A DNA stretch of 60,368 nucleotides, filler included, from Circinaria calcarea (lineage: Eukaryota), in the NCBI GenBank assembly GCA_051942165.1. It is 4 parts of 4 records of this genome, joined end to end, with 100 filler letters (N's around TTAATTAATTAA, not from the genome) between each part and the next. Parts side by side here need not be neighbours in the genome. Positions count along the whole stretch, not along the records: positions 30,278 to 45,305 come from JAVECS010000393.1; positions 45,406 to 60,368 come from JAVECS010000395.1; 2 more parts are not named here. The stretch is one strand, 5' to 3'. The translations under genes were made by a program, and so were the position numbers. This document shows positions 37,586-50,145 of the stretch, one piece after another. Every line of letters starts with the position of its first letter. Within the stretch, counting starts at the first letter, position 1. Under the pieces are notes generated by a model, which ran no database searches, had not been told where the DNA came from, and saw only the letters and a program-made list of their open reading frames with translations.

Positions 37586-38099
37586 ATGGACGGCGACGAG
37601 ACCGCCAAAACCTTCGACGCAGGTGCCAATAGCGCAAAGGTCGCCGGCGTGGATCTGTCGGACGGCATCCACGAGGCCGCCCATCAGGGCGTACGTTCTT
37701 TTCTTTTTTCCGTTCTCATCCCTCCACCTTCGCCCTCCAGCTCCTTCCTCCCTTTCTAGCCAAAGACAAGCTAACCGAACTCTTTTCCCTCCCTCCAGCC
37801 CGCCGCCGGCCACAAAACCACCGGAACGGGCACAAGCGTCTTCTCGAAAGACGGTGCCATCGGCTCCATGTTCAACGGTGAGTTTCTTCGAAATTCCTCT
37901 CTCCCCTCCCCTCCCTCTGCGAAACAACTCACCGACTGACTCGATACCCACAACAGCGGAGGGACCAATTGGCGGCATGGCCCAGAAAATCGGCGGACCC
38001 CTCGACAAGGAGGGCGCCATTGGGAAGAACTTCAAAGCCGACGGGGCGATCGGGGGCACGATCCAGGACAGGCTGGCGAATAAGAATGAGGGTAAGTAG
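37586..38099 (+). CDS. small Gly-rich fungal protein with (D/E)GAIG repeats, two introns
   Basis: Spliced product MDGDETAKTFDAG...AHQG/PAAGHKTTGTGTSVFSKDGAIGSMFN/AEGPIGGMAQKIGGPLDKEGAIGKNFKADGAIGGTIQ, with GTACGT and GTGAGT donors. Confidence 0.8.
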
Positions 38100-38607
38100 G
38101 ATGGATAGCTATGGGCCGGGAGGGGGGATTCTTGGTGCAACATGCCGTGTAAACTAGGTCACAACTAAATGATCACATTCTTGCTGCTTGTTCGAGGGTG
38201 GTAGTTGCGGGTTACGAACGTGATATAAGGTTTTCTAGTATGGTCATTGCATTTATGAGACGTACGAGTGAACTTGGCCTTTGTAATCCATACTAGTATG
38301 TGGTCGAGTCTTCCTTGCATGTAGACTGTATTTTGCGTCGTCTATCATGTGGAGCCTAGGAGGACCTCGGAAAGCTTAAACGCCCTTCCTTTTGCATCCT
38401 CTCACATGTTTCTCCAAAGCCGATTTCAATACCCAAGTACAGCCCTCAAGACCAGCACCTCGGCTTGTATCCCTTCCGGTCCATGTTCTCCGGACTCCAT
38501 ACCATATACCCAAGGGTTCTACCCAACTGCCCCATAAAAGACCATGTTATGCCACCAACCCATCCAGCAGATGAAACACCTCTTTCCCTTCCCCCAAAAA
38601 GCTAACG

Positions 38608-39702
38608 TCATTTCCCAAACATTTGCAAGAAACTCCTTCGCTTGCCCATTTTCTGCACCTTCTCCGCTTTCATATCCAGCGCACTCTTCTGTGTCGGCAT
38701 AGCCGGCATGGGCGGAGCGATCCAAGGCTGAGTGACATCCTTTTCGCTTGTTCTCGACTGGCTCCTTGCCCTGAGTAAGAGATCCTTGCTCTCCTTACTG
38801 TTCTCGTCCCGTCTTCGTCGACTCCGACTCCGTAACCGTGGCTTCGAGTCGCGGTTGTCCAGGACCGGTTCCTTTACGGGGGTTTTGCCTTGGTCTTCTA
38901 TCGCACCCAGCACCGTCACACCGTTCGTACCGAGATTCTCTTCGGGAATCGCGTTGAATCGGACGACTCCCCGACTGGCGGGGACGTTGAGAGATTCGGA
39001 GAAGAAGGATTGGATGAGGGCAATGTTGCGTTTGTTGGTGGTTGGTTGGACTTGAGATGGGAGGGCGGAGATGGTGAGGATGTAGGCGGGATCGAAGGAG
39101 CCGCCGTAGAGGAGACAGGCGGAGTGATCGAGGGTGACCATTATCGAGGAGATTGGGCGGGAGTAGCGTTGGGAGAGATGATTTGATAGATCGGTTATGA
39201 AGCTGTACTCGTCGCTGACCTGAGGCAGAAAGATGGGTAATTAGTCCCTGAGAAGTAGCTCAGATAATCATACGACCAGGATGTTTCGTACAATGACATT
39301 TGTCTTGACTTCCGCAGTGACGACCGAGTCTCGAGCGACGCGGTCCCTTGCAGAAGTATTCGGTTCTCGATACGCAAAGACTTCGCCATAGAACCTGTTC
39401 TTCTGCCTCGAACGCTCCGTGTCTTCCGGTCCACGTTGGACCATGGCCTTCAGATATGCGTCTCCGGGAGCACCTCTTTCCAAGTGTCTGACCATTCCCT
39501 TTTCTTCGCCTCGATCGGCAACAGGCTGTCCTGCTGGAATACACGTTTCCCTGTTTTCGGCATCATGTGTTGACACCAGTGTCCTATCAGGATGCGAAGT
39601 AATCATTAATTGACCTGCTGCTCGAGGGAATGCATCGGGCAAGGCTGGGTTTTTGCCTTCCGGGAGTGGTACCGAGTCTTTCGGAAGGATTGATGCAGCC
39701 AT
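38608..39702 (-). CDS. MIF/tautomerase-fold domain protein, intron about 39220-39288
   Basis: AEVKTNVI/VSDEYSFITDLSNHLSQRYSRP, VTLDHSACLLYGGSFDPAYILTISALPSQVQPTTNKRN and RGVVRF, the fungal MIF-domain family pattern. Confidence 0.85.
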
Positions 39703-40493
39703 AATGGATGCTCTCGATACTTTGAGTGCAATAACGTTTCAGTAACGATACCGGATGATAGACATGGGAACGGTAGAAGGAGTTTTCACTGGATGTGAAG
39801 GGAGGATAGCATTGCGATGGGTCCGAGTCTGTGCACGCTTGTGACTCGAGGAATGCAGTTGTAACTTGTAAGCATCAAGGGTAGACGCAGACACACGGTT
39901 CTGACACCTGGAACTGCGGGCGAATAGACGAGCACCGATTGTTTGCCTGCGTTTCCATTTTTGGAGGATTGGCTGATCCAACATGACTGTGCCAACTCAA
40001 TTAAAAATCCTCTGTAATTTTGGCTTCACGATAGGCATAAGTTTTGTTCAGTCTGGACTAGAAGATTACGTGCCGAGAGCGGTCGGATCTGCCTACTTAG
40101 CTAAAAATACTACGAAGCAGAGTAACTGATAGGCCGTCCGATCGCCTTATCTCTTAGGTTGCACAGCTGAATGCGGAGTTTGGGACCACATTCATGCTCC
40201 ATCCCTGCAAAGGCTTATTCAGCTTAGCCCCTTTAGGTTTCAGATCTGGCCTTCCTAACCGAATCGACGTATTAAATGAGCCATTCGACACCAGATGCTA
40301 CCTAAGTATCCATATTCCGAGTTGGTGGGTGCGCAGCATAAGCCTGAGTTAGTTCTGTACAGGGATCACCGGCGAAAACATTATTGGAAGTCATCCCTCT
40401 GGCTGGCTGAAGTGAGTACCTATCGTAGGGCAGTGCCATTGCATACATAGCTGGCGAGGTTGTTCATAACAAGTGCAATTCTCAAGACTGGTC

Positions 40494-41411
40494 CTATGAC
40501 TGCTTCAGCCGCTTTTCATCGGCCGTCTTCTTTTTCCGTTTCTTCTTTTTATCCACCGCGACATCCTTCGTACCTTGATTTCCTATCGCTTCCCCATCTT
40601 CTTCATCTACGGATTTCCGCTTCCGTTCATTTGGCTTAGGACCGTCTGTAGCCGGATCACCTTGTTCAAAATCCTTCTTGGGTATACCACTAACCTCAGC
40701 CTTGATCGTCGTATCCTCCTTTTCTTCGTCCTCTCCTTCCTCCACTGGCCGTACAACTTTCAGGTTGACCGCACACTGCTCCAGAATCCTTTTCGTCCTA
40801 TCCCACTGGACCCCAAACATCCCGCTATTGATCTTCACGGCCCAGACGTCTCCGATCTCCTTTCCACTAGCCTTTAAGAAGGATAACTTCTTGTGCAAAT
40901 CTCCCATTCCCTTCTTGGTGCTGTCCAGAATTACTTCTGCTGATGAAACTGTGCGGCCATAGCCAAGGGACGTAAAGACGCAGGCAATCCAGTAGTGATT
41001 CGTATTTATATCCGGCTTCTCTCCGTCGTTGTCGTTTTCTTCATTCTCCTCCTCCTCTACAGACTGTGGGGGTATCAACAGTGTAGTGCCTAGTAGGGAA
41101 CGTTGGTGCGATGGACTCGGGGGCGTGTTGCAATATTCATTGTATATCTGGAAGGCTCTTGGAAACTGATATGGTTATGAGTACAATTAGTATTGCGGCG
41201 GAAGCAAGGCTTACCCGTTTCTTGAACTCAAGGGCAACTCCATTGCCCCAGACGCCACGGCAATTGCAAGCATCTAGAATCAAGATTTAGCAGAGAACCT
41301 CTACAGGCACATGTAAAAAATAATTCTGATACAAGTGAGGAACATACGTAAAAGGACACTATTGGGGGGTGCGGAAAATATGTCGCCTACACTCTCTTGG
41401 ACTCGAGGCAT
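40494..41411 (-). CDS. POA1: ADP-ribose 1''-phosphate phosphatase (macro domain), two introns
   Basis: GDIFSAPPNSVL, ACNCRGVWGNGVALEFKK, LLGTTLLIPP, HYWIACVFTSLGYG and KINSGMFGVQW. Confidence 0.88.
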
Positions 41412-42051
41412 TTTGCTTAGGAAACGATAGAGGAGAGTGGTATCCTTTCCGTTCAAATATAAGACCACAGCTGTTATCGTCGGTTCATGTGTATCTGCAA
41501 GCACTTAAATCGTCCAAAACCTTCGCATTCATTTACATTGACTGGAGTCGATAGATGCAATGAGAAAGGTAAGTCAACTTTGCGTTTGCGGAAGACAACG
41601 ATTGTTAGCGCGACTTTTGCCTTACTTGATCTACGCTAACAACCACTCTAAAAAATTGTTTATTTCCCCACATTCGCAACAGAAGTCGAATCGAGGCTGG
41701 TGTGCAAAAGTCGCTGCCGCTGAAAATTGCCATTACCTATCGCGCGAGTCTTTACTCCGTAACAAGACTTCTATACACTCAAGGTCTTGTACGAATCGAA
41801 CAGGCTGTGAATGTGAGGAGTCCTCCAGTATCATATTGGTTTCGGCAACGACTTCTGCTCACTCGCCTCGAATAGGCAGGTACATACCATGGTAGGTAGG
41901 ACTTGCCCAAAAGGCCGCCATGCAGCTTTTGATTCGCCGACTTATATAAAATGGAATCGGCCCTTTCTTCCTATTGCCGTCATCTTCCTCCTGGAGTGCT
42001 TTTGCTCTGGAGGAATCCTCCCAGATTCAAATACATCGTCGACTACCTACA

Positions 42052-44035
42052 ATGGCGTTCGCTGGTCATCAGAACGACCATGACTTAGGCGCAAACGAAG
42101 ACGCCTACGAAAACGAAGACAGCAAGGGAAATGTGGAACACATATCCGACGCTGCTCTCGACCATTCCACAACCACGGGACGGAAAAGAGAGGCTCCCCC
42201 CCTGGTGAGAGACCTATCTTCAGAAGACCGCAAAAGCCTCGAATTCGCCCTCGTACGGAAGATCGATCTCAGGCTTTTGCCAATGGTCATCTTGATGTAT
42301 GTATTGAACTACCTTGATCGCAACAACATTGCCTCGGCAAGATTGGCCGGACTTGAAGATGAGTTGGAGCTCACTAGTGTCCAGTATCAGGTATGCCCAA
42401 AAAGGACATGATAATGCCTTAGGATATCAATTACTGACCCATGCTTAGACGTGCGTTAGTATTCTTTTCGTCGGCTATATCTTGATGCAAAGTACAACAG
42501 TCTGAATCCTTTATCTATCTTCTGTGACTAAGGACAATCAGTACCGTCAAATCTCTTCCTGAACAAGATTGGGAAACCAGCGATCTACCTTCCAACCGTT
42601 ATGATTATCTGGGGGGTGATATCTGCTGCGACTGCTGAAGCGAAGAGTTTTGGTGGACTTCTGGCCATTCGCTTTTTCCTCGGTTTTGTTGAAGCTGCAT
42701 ATTTTGTAAGTATTTAACATCGCCTCTGGGCATGGGAGCTAATGTTGAGGAAAGCCGGGATGTTTGTTTTATTTGTCATCTTGGTACACCAGGAAAGAAC
42801 TCGGCTTTAGAACTGCTCTTTTATACTCAGGCTCCCTCTTATCCGGGGCATTCTCGGGTTTGATTGCCGCAGGGATCATAGAAGGACTAGATGGGCAGAG
42901 AGGTCTTCGTGCTTGGTATGTTACGAAACCCCGTGTTTGTTCCAAAGCTGAAGAACATTCAGGCGCTGGCTTTTTATCATTGAGGGCGTGATTACCGTGT
43001 GAGGGAGACTCCGGTGACAAGATAAGCTTCAGTTAACGTGACTCGTAGAGTCGTGGCCTTTGCAGCATTTATCATTCTGCCAAACTTTCCCCGTACCACA
43101 ACTTGGCTTACCGAGGAAGAACGCCAGCTTGCCGTGTGGCGTCTCGACGAAGACATCGGTGAAGATGATTGGCTTGGGAGCAACGAACAAACGTTCTTTC
43201 ACGGAATGAAGCTGGCATTCTCAGACTATAAAATGTATATTTTGGTCAGTTAGCTTCCCTGTTGGATATCCCCACGAATGTTTGGCTAAAATACTTTAGA
43301 TGGTGATGTTATTCTGCATCGTTGCTTCAGGATCCGTTACAAACTTTTTCCCGACTGTTGTGAAGACCCTTGGTTATAGCAACATCATATCCCTTTTGCT
43401 TACTGCTCCGCCATACGTAAGTATCAACTGCCTGTAACTCGGTGCTTCTTATCTTCTGACACCGTCATAGATTCTATGTGTTATTACAGCTTTTATAAAC
43501 GCCTGGCACGCCGACCGAACAGGGGAGCGATACTTTCACGTCACGCTTCCGTTATACATATGTGTCATCGCCTTCATAATTGCTGCCGCCACCACAGCCA
43601 CCGGCCCGCGTTATCTTGCCATGATGCTGATGGTCCCTGGAGTGTATACCGGCTACGTGGTAGTGCTTGCCTGGATCTCCAATACGCTACCAAGACCACC
43701 AGCTAAAAGAGCGGCGGCGTTAGCAGCTATCAATGCTGTGTCCAACTCGAGTTCGATCTATGCTAGTTATCTATATCCAACGTCTGCTGGTCCTAGATAT
43801 AGTCAGTTCCATTTCAATTTCTAGGAAAGACGAGCTAATGCAAGATATAGTCGTGGCGATGAGCGTCAACTGCGCTACAGCCTTCATCGCAATTTGCTCC
43901 GCCACGCTGCTTCGCTTCATTCTGGTAAGGTTGAACAAGAAGCTCGACAACGGCGAATTGGTAGATGGAGCAATTGCAGAGGGGGAAAGGACTCCTGGTC
44001 CAGCAGACAAGAAGGGCTTTAGATTCTTGACATAG
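42052..44035 (+). CDS. MFS transporter, anion:cation symporter (Dal5/Tna1-like), multi-exon
   Basis: LVRKIDLRLLP, LNYLDRNNIASARLAGL, RFFLGFVEAAYFPG, LSSWYTRKELGFR, GLRAWRWLFIIEG and LLTAPPY. Confidence 0.93.
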
Positions 44036-44723
44036 GGGGAGATGTACGAGTCAAATTTTGTATATAGCAACTGCGTTATTAAGCTACTTGTATATCACAG
44101 TGGTTGAGAAGAGACCATGAATGCCATCAATTGTATGTGTCAATTAAGACTCAGTACTATCTCAGTCATTTCCCAGTTGTCTCCATTACGTACCCATTGA
44201 TATATTGCCTTTGTGTCGATGGATTCTGTTAAAATTCATAACCACCTACCAAATTCCCAGTACCACAGTCACCACGTGCTTTGGAAACCGTTGCCTGAGG
44301 CATACATATCGTGCCAGTGCTATCAAAGGTCTGGCTACAAGGTACAAGGCAATTTTCCAGCGTGAGCTGGCCAAGAGCCAATAGTTTCCCATACCACCTG
44401 AAGAATGGGCTGCATCTATCAGGGCGCCCAGATTCGTCCAATCACCATGAAGTGAGAAGCCGAAGCGAGAAACCCGCGCCCTCAAAATGTCAACCTCGTC
44501 ACCCCGCCTGCACTGACAGAATATTCCCATATAAACCTTTCATCCTCAGGTCCTACACAAAATGTATCTCTCTTCTTCTTTCATATCTTTGAGCAAAACG
44601 TCTCTCTTAAGTCTTCGATCTTGGGAACAAAGCTTTAGAATACACCCAGAAGCCTCCACTATCAACGTGTTACTTGATCACGGTTAAGAGCGTTGAAGGC
44701 TCTTAACTATCCTTTTTTCGAGC

Positions 44724-45305
44724 ATGGATTCCGGTGCGGGCAGTCAGTTGCCCACCTCAGATCTCGTCAACAATGCGGACCCCTTCTTCGGCTACTTTGA
44801 TCCAAGCCCAGATGAAAACTTCTCCATTGGGACGCCATTGGAAGAACTGGCCTTGCTCCAGCCCAAATATACATCCAACTCAGGGCTACAGCCAAGCATC
44901 TCTGCAGGTTTCGAGCTGGACCTTGAGGAGCTCAACTCAAACCCGGAAGGGCTTTTCATGGCACAGAGCATGCGAAGCGCTTCATGGTTGGACGATTTTT
45001 TGGTAAGCGCTTCAAAAGCTGTGGAGCCATCCCTGACCTGCCGCAGATCGATATCAAGTCGCAAATCGATATCGACCACAGCCTAGAGGCCCACCTCGAA
45101 GCCATTGGTAACTCGCTAGATAGCCTTTCTCTTAGCTGTAGTCATCACGGAACTGGTCATTCTCCGCCAATTGCCAACCAGCCTCAACGAAGCGGAAGCT
45201 CATCTAGCTCTGAAGGTAGAGGTAGAACTCCATTAAGAAATGACGACAGACGTCCGGAGAATGCGTCCATTGAGAGACTTGGAGTTGGTGCACAATTTGA
45301 CAAGT
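44724..45305 (+). CDS. hypothetical protein, 5' part only (intron about 45003-45046), truncated by contig end
   Basis: ATG ORF to WLDDFL, then a GTAAGC...CTGAC...CAG intron joins in frame to IDIKSQIDIDHSLEAHLEA..., open to the gap. Confidence 0.6.
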
Positions 45306-45405
45306 NNNNNNNNNNNNNNNNNNNNNNNNNNNNNNNNNNNNNNNNNNNNTTAATTAATTAANNNNNNNNNNNNNNNNNNNNNNNNNNNNNNNNNNNNNNN
45401 NNNNN
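45306..45405. other. artificial contig-joining linker
   Basis: N44-TTAATTAATTAA-N44. Confidence 0.97.
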
Positions 45406-48400
45406 TCACTCCTCCACTCCAATTGCTTCTCGCCGTACTCGTCCGTCGGACTCGCCGTCTCCGGACTGCTGTCATCCAAGCCGAGGGCATCCATCTTCTC
45501 GGAAAAGTTAACCCCGCCATACTCACTTCCCAACTGCAAATCCATCTCCGCGGTCGGCGTCCGATCCCGTCTGGCCTCCCGCAATGCCATAGCTAGACTC
45601 CCTGCGGCATGCAGCCCATTATCGCCGCCATGGGGGATTGTGGGGATTTCCTCCACCGGAAGTCCGTGAGTGAGACAGTAGTTTCGTCTCAGATAACTTT
45701 GCAACCTCTCCACCTCGAAATCCCACCTGTGGCTCAGACTCACTACAGCCGCTTGCATGTCTTGCTCGGTGTAGCCAATAGGTACGCTCGGCTTATCTGC
45801 ACCCCGGGACGAGATCGAGCGCCCGCCGGCCATTGCTGCACCGATAGTCCTTTTCATCGTACTTTTTGCTCCGAGGGGCAAGCTCGATGAACCACCTTCT
45901 CGAAGGCTATCGACCTCGCGGTCAACTTTCTTTCGAGACCACGCTCGGTCTTTGTCCATGTTTGGCAAGTGTAACAAGGATGTATTGTGGTTGACGGCAT
46001 TGACTAATACAGTGAAAGCTTGCAGATTGATCTCGTTATCCTCACAATAAATCTCGCGTAGGGTATTATTCTTCTCCAGGACCAGCGCAAGCGCGCCTGC
46101 TCCAGGAAGACCCAGTGCTTGATTTTCAATACGAAGGATCTTTAGACATTTATTATTGGCGAGACCCTTGAGCGCGTTACTCAATCCACTACCCAGAGTA
46201 ACAGCCTCGAGATGGGATTGTTCGCCAGAAATGTTAAGTTCCTCCAAACTGCCGTTCTTCTCCAGCATTCCTTTTAGGGCGTTGCAAGTTTCTGTGTTTG
46301 CGTCAAAGGGTAGAGAAGTTTGAGATATGTCAAGGTAAGTCAAAGTCGTATTGCGTGAGAGCGCGGTAACCAAAGCCTGAAAGTTGTTCTCGTTTTTATA
46401 CTCCAACATCTGCATCGTGATGCGAGTAGGCGTCATGGACCATCCGATAGTGTTGGACAGCATCTCATGCTGCTGTTCAAGATTATTCTCGCTTACGTAT
46501 AGATGCAATTCCCGGGCTTCATCATAGCCAGTAGCCAATGCGCGTAAAAGAAGAGCCACAGCCTTACCAGTCAAGTTGCACTGGTTGAGGCGAACGCGGC
46601 GGAGAGGCCCGGATTGGGGACTTGAGAAATAAGCGGATATAGCAACAAGGCTCTCATCGTTGAGTTTGATCCCATTCAAGGCAAGCTCTTCAAGCCTCCA
46701 CCTTAAAAGGGTCTCGGCTGCGATGAGGGGTTCGAAGCCAGCATTGACTTGCAGGTTAGAAATATTCAGTTTCCGTAGGTTTTGAAAATGATTGAGATGT
46801 GCGTTGAGTGCTTCTGGGCTCAATCTTGCCAAGTTTCCAGAAATATCAATGGACTCCAACGTAGATTCTTGCTGCAAAACAGCCTGCATAATCGTCTTGA
46901 GGCTCTCGTCGTTTAAGCCACAACGCCCTACCTCTAATGCACGGAGATGACAGGCCTTCTCGATTGCGGCTGCATAGATGTAATCGACATCAATCTCAGC
47001 CAACGTGATCCCTGTAAGAGTAATCCAGTCAACATTCGTCAGCTGCCGAGCGCATAGTGGGAAAAGAGCCTCGCATATGCCAGACCCTTGATCACGACCA
47101 GTCTCTATATCAGTGGGTTTCCGTGTCAGACTGTGCGAAAAGTCCAACCGCCTTAACCTCTTACTCTTTAGTGCAAGAGCCTGGATCTCTTGTACTATCA
47201 ACCAAGGATAAGCTTGCTGGGGAATGCTGATCGGGCTGCCAGATCGCGTGGTAGATAGCAAGTGATCTATATCTGATCCGTGGGGATCATGCAGGCCGTG
47301 TAAAATGTCCAAACTGACACCACTGAACGAGATAGTACGGAAGAACTCGTTGTAGCGTAGTGCTCTCATGACTGCAAGCAGTTCCAAGAGGGTGTACTTG
47401 GAGCGCTGCGGATGAGCCGGTGTCAGGAGCTGAAACCTAGGGGCATCTTCGCATTCGTAATTCACCGTGTATCGTACATTCGATGGATCTACGCCGTACC
47501 CAATAGAGTATGCTGTCAGCGTCCGGTCAAACTGAAAATAATCATCTCCTTCAATGGACGGTGTTGGAAGTAGATCGTTATCAAGGCAGGGTGGAACATT
47601 CCATTTGAAGGGTAGTTCAAGCCACTCGGGTCTTATGAACTCGGCAGTTTGTCGGATGCAGAGAGCAATATCATTCGCCGTTGAAGAGGCAAGGTACAGT
47701 AACGAAGGTCGACAAAGTGGTAATCGAAAGGCGAGCTGGAAAGCATCATCAAACGACTGTACGCACAGGGAATTCAGCGTGGCAATGGTGAAAGACTCCC
47801 CAGTCAAGTCTGATAGTGATGTGCTTGAGGCAGACTTCGAAGACTTCGGTAGAGGCACCAAATGGATTTTATGGACCCCAATCGCTAGGTAACAAACGCT
47901 GGACGTTAATTTAGCTAGATCATCTGAAGACGAACGTGCACCCGATTTGGTCGCTCTTTTGACAGCCTTAAACATGCGAAACTGTTGGGGTTCATAGTCA
48001 AATTCCTGTTCCAGCGCCCTGGCAACATGTTCGATTGTCTTTTGTTCAAAGGCTAGAGGATCCATCAATCGTAAATTGGTAATGGCCGCACGCATCGACG
48101 AGAGCCAAAGGTCAGATTCCCTAGGATCATTCAACTGCAGAGTCATGGTAGATGCACGATTTGAAAGTTCGTCAAGCACAGCAACATCGATGCTGAAGTA
48201 TGGACGCCCATCATCCAATTTATAGACAGCAACGACTTGACTGAGGGCGATTGCTTGATGAGTATCCGTGGAGATCTGAAGTTCATGCATGGATCCAATT
48301 GAACTTATCCGCGAATGACGCGTAGTATTGCTCCTGCCCAACGATATCGGTATGCAGGGAAAGACCTCCGAAGCCTTTCCTTGATTCTTGAAGCGTAACA

Positions 48401-48884
48401 GATGCGTATTGGTGAGAACTAGATACTGTTGTCTTTTTCGGAACATGCCACCAGTTGTTTGTACCTCGCCGTGGTGAAGCACCACCATATCGGCCACGTC
48501 CAGCAGCGTTGAAGACTCCTCGTTCAGGGAAGAATGCCTTGAGTTTGACCGTACCATGTTCTCCTTTTCATCTTGTGGAGGCTGCGACGTTCGCAGAGAG
48601 CCAAATATACTCGAAGGCCGCGAGATCTTGTGCAGGGTTCGGGGTCTTGACTTGGGAGACGATGGTATACCAAAGCTGCTCTGCGAATGGGTACGCTCAA
48701 AGACGGGACTGACGGGACTGGAAGGACTGGAAGATCTTGACGGTGAAAAAAAAGACGAGGCGCGACCACTTTTCATGAGCATTCTGGATGGTGCACTATC
48801 TGGACCGTTGTCCCCAATGGATGTCAGGCCCTTGAGGGTCGGTTTGAAGATGCTCAAGCTCTTACGCCTTCGCCGTTCTGACAT
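45406..48884 (-). CDS. PH-domain plus RNI-like leucine-rich-repeat protein (about 1160 aa, stop codon lost at contig end)
   Basis: PH-like GEVQTTGGMFRKRQQYLVLTNTHLLRFK...ESDLWLSSM. LRRs include LRRLDFS, LESIDISGN, LTYLDISQT, LEELNISGE, LKILRIENQ and LREIYCEDN. Confidence 0.9.
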
Positions 48885-50145
48885 GCTTGGAGATGTAGGA
48901 GTCTGAATTATACCCTACCCTACTGGCAGGTGAAGATTAGCTGTGGTTACGTTAACCTTGTGCTCGAGCTCTAAGATACCTGAATTGGCCAACGGAGCTC
49001 ATCAAAGAATACCCGCCTTTGTTCTTTTATTTCTGCCAGAAGCTTAGGACAGGATACACAAGAAGTAGATAGGCTTGAGCAACGCAACGTCACCAGCCGT
49101 GCGTTTGCTGGGGATTGCTGTCAACGGGAGTCATTGACAGCAGCCATACCGGTCAAGAATCAGAAGGATGATACACCGACAAGGCTCCATTGTTGTCATG
49201 ACCAAAAGGGAAGCCTCAAGCTTCACGTTCACAGAATAGTAAGTAGGGTTGGAGTGTCATTGGGTGCAGGGAGGTAAAGTAACCGCGGATGCGGTAAACT
49301 CTATCTCATCCAAGCTTGTACCGGCAGGGATGTGCCACTTGGAACAAAGATGTTGTACCTTCCACGCTACTCACGCATATCTGCATCTCATGGCACAAGC
49401 CATGGACTGATTCGCAGTACAGTATGACACCGACAGCAAATACCTTAATTCAAACCAGGACAACATTGACCTGGTAGCCGTCAATTCCGCAAACGCTTGG
49501 CCTCGCGATTAAATCCGCCTAAATCCGAGTGGATCTAACAGCCGGGCAGGAGAAACAGGCAATGAAAGGCTCAGGTGGGATGTACTTGACTGGATGTACT
49601 TGACTGGATGGCCACATTCATCATCCTTTGCGGAGCTGCATGCTATGGCTGATAATGTTGGGGACGAATCAGAATGACCTATTATCACCTTATGCATATT
49701 CAACCTACCAGTCGCAAGGTTGTCACGGCAATATCTGCGCGAGTGATCTTCCGGCTTCTACCCAAAGGACAAGATCCTGTTTGTCGTCGATGACGCCCTA
49801 TGGGCAACCCCATTGAGATTTTCAGTATCGGCCATGAACGGTGCCTTCAGCCACAATGCGCCGGTCGAGACGATTAATGCCGAGAAATATACCATGTACG
49901 ATCAGCCTGGTCCGGAATTTCTCGCTGACAAGATTACTTCGATGTCTGTCATAGATATACACCTTTCGCGGAGAAGAAGAAACGAGAAGAAGTTTCCATG
50001 GCCTCTTTATCGATTCTCTGTGGGCGATAACGTTCAAACCAAGAACCTCAAAAGAGCTCCTATAATGGTCCAACAATGTACCCCACAACGTGATCATCCG
50101 CAGCAATTTGCCCTTCCTAGCCGCAGACACCTTCCATCACCTAAA

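Noticed and set aside
49578..49610. 14-bp tandem duplication GGATGTACTTGACT (also the 11-bp duplication near 8200 and the GGATA repeats at 1-50)
   Set aside because: Only 2-3 copies and no spacers; ordinary slippage, not an array or CRISPR.
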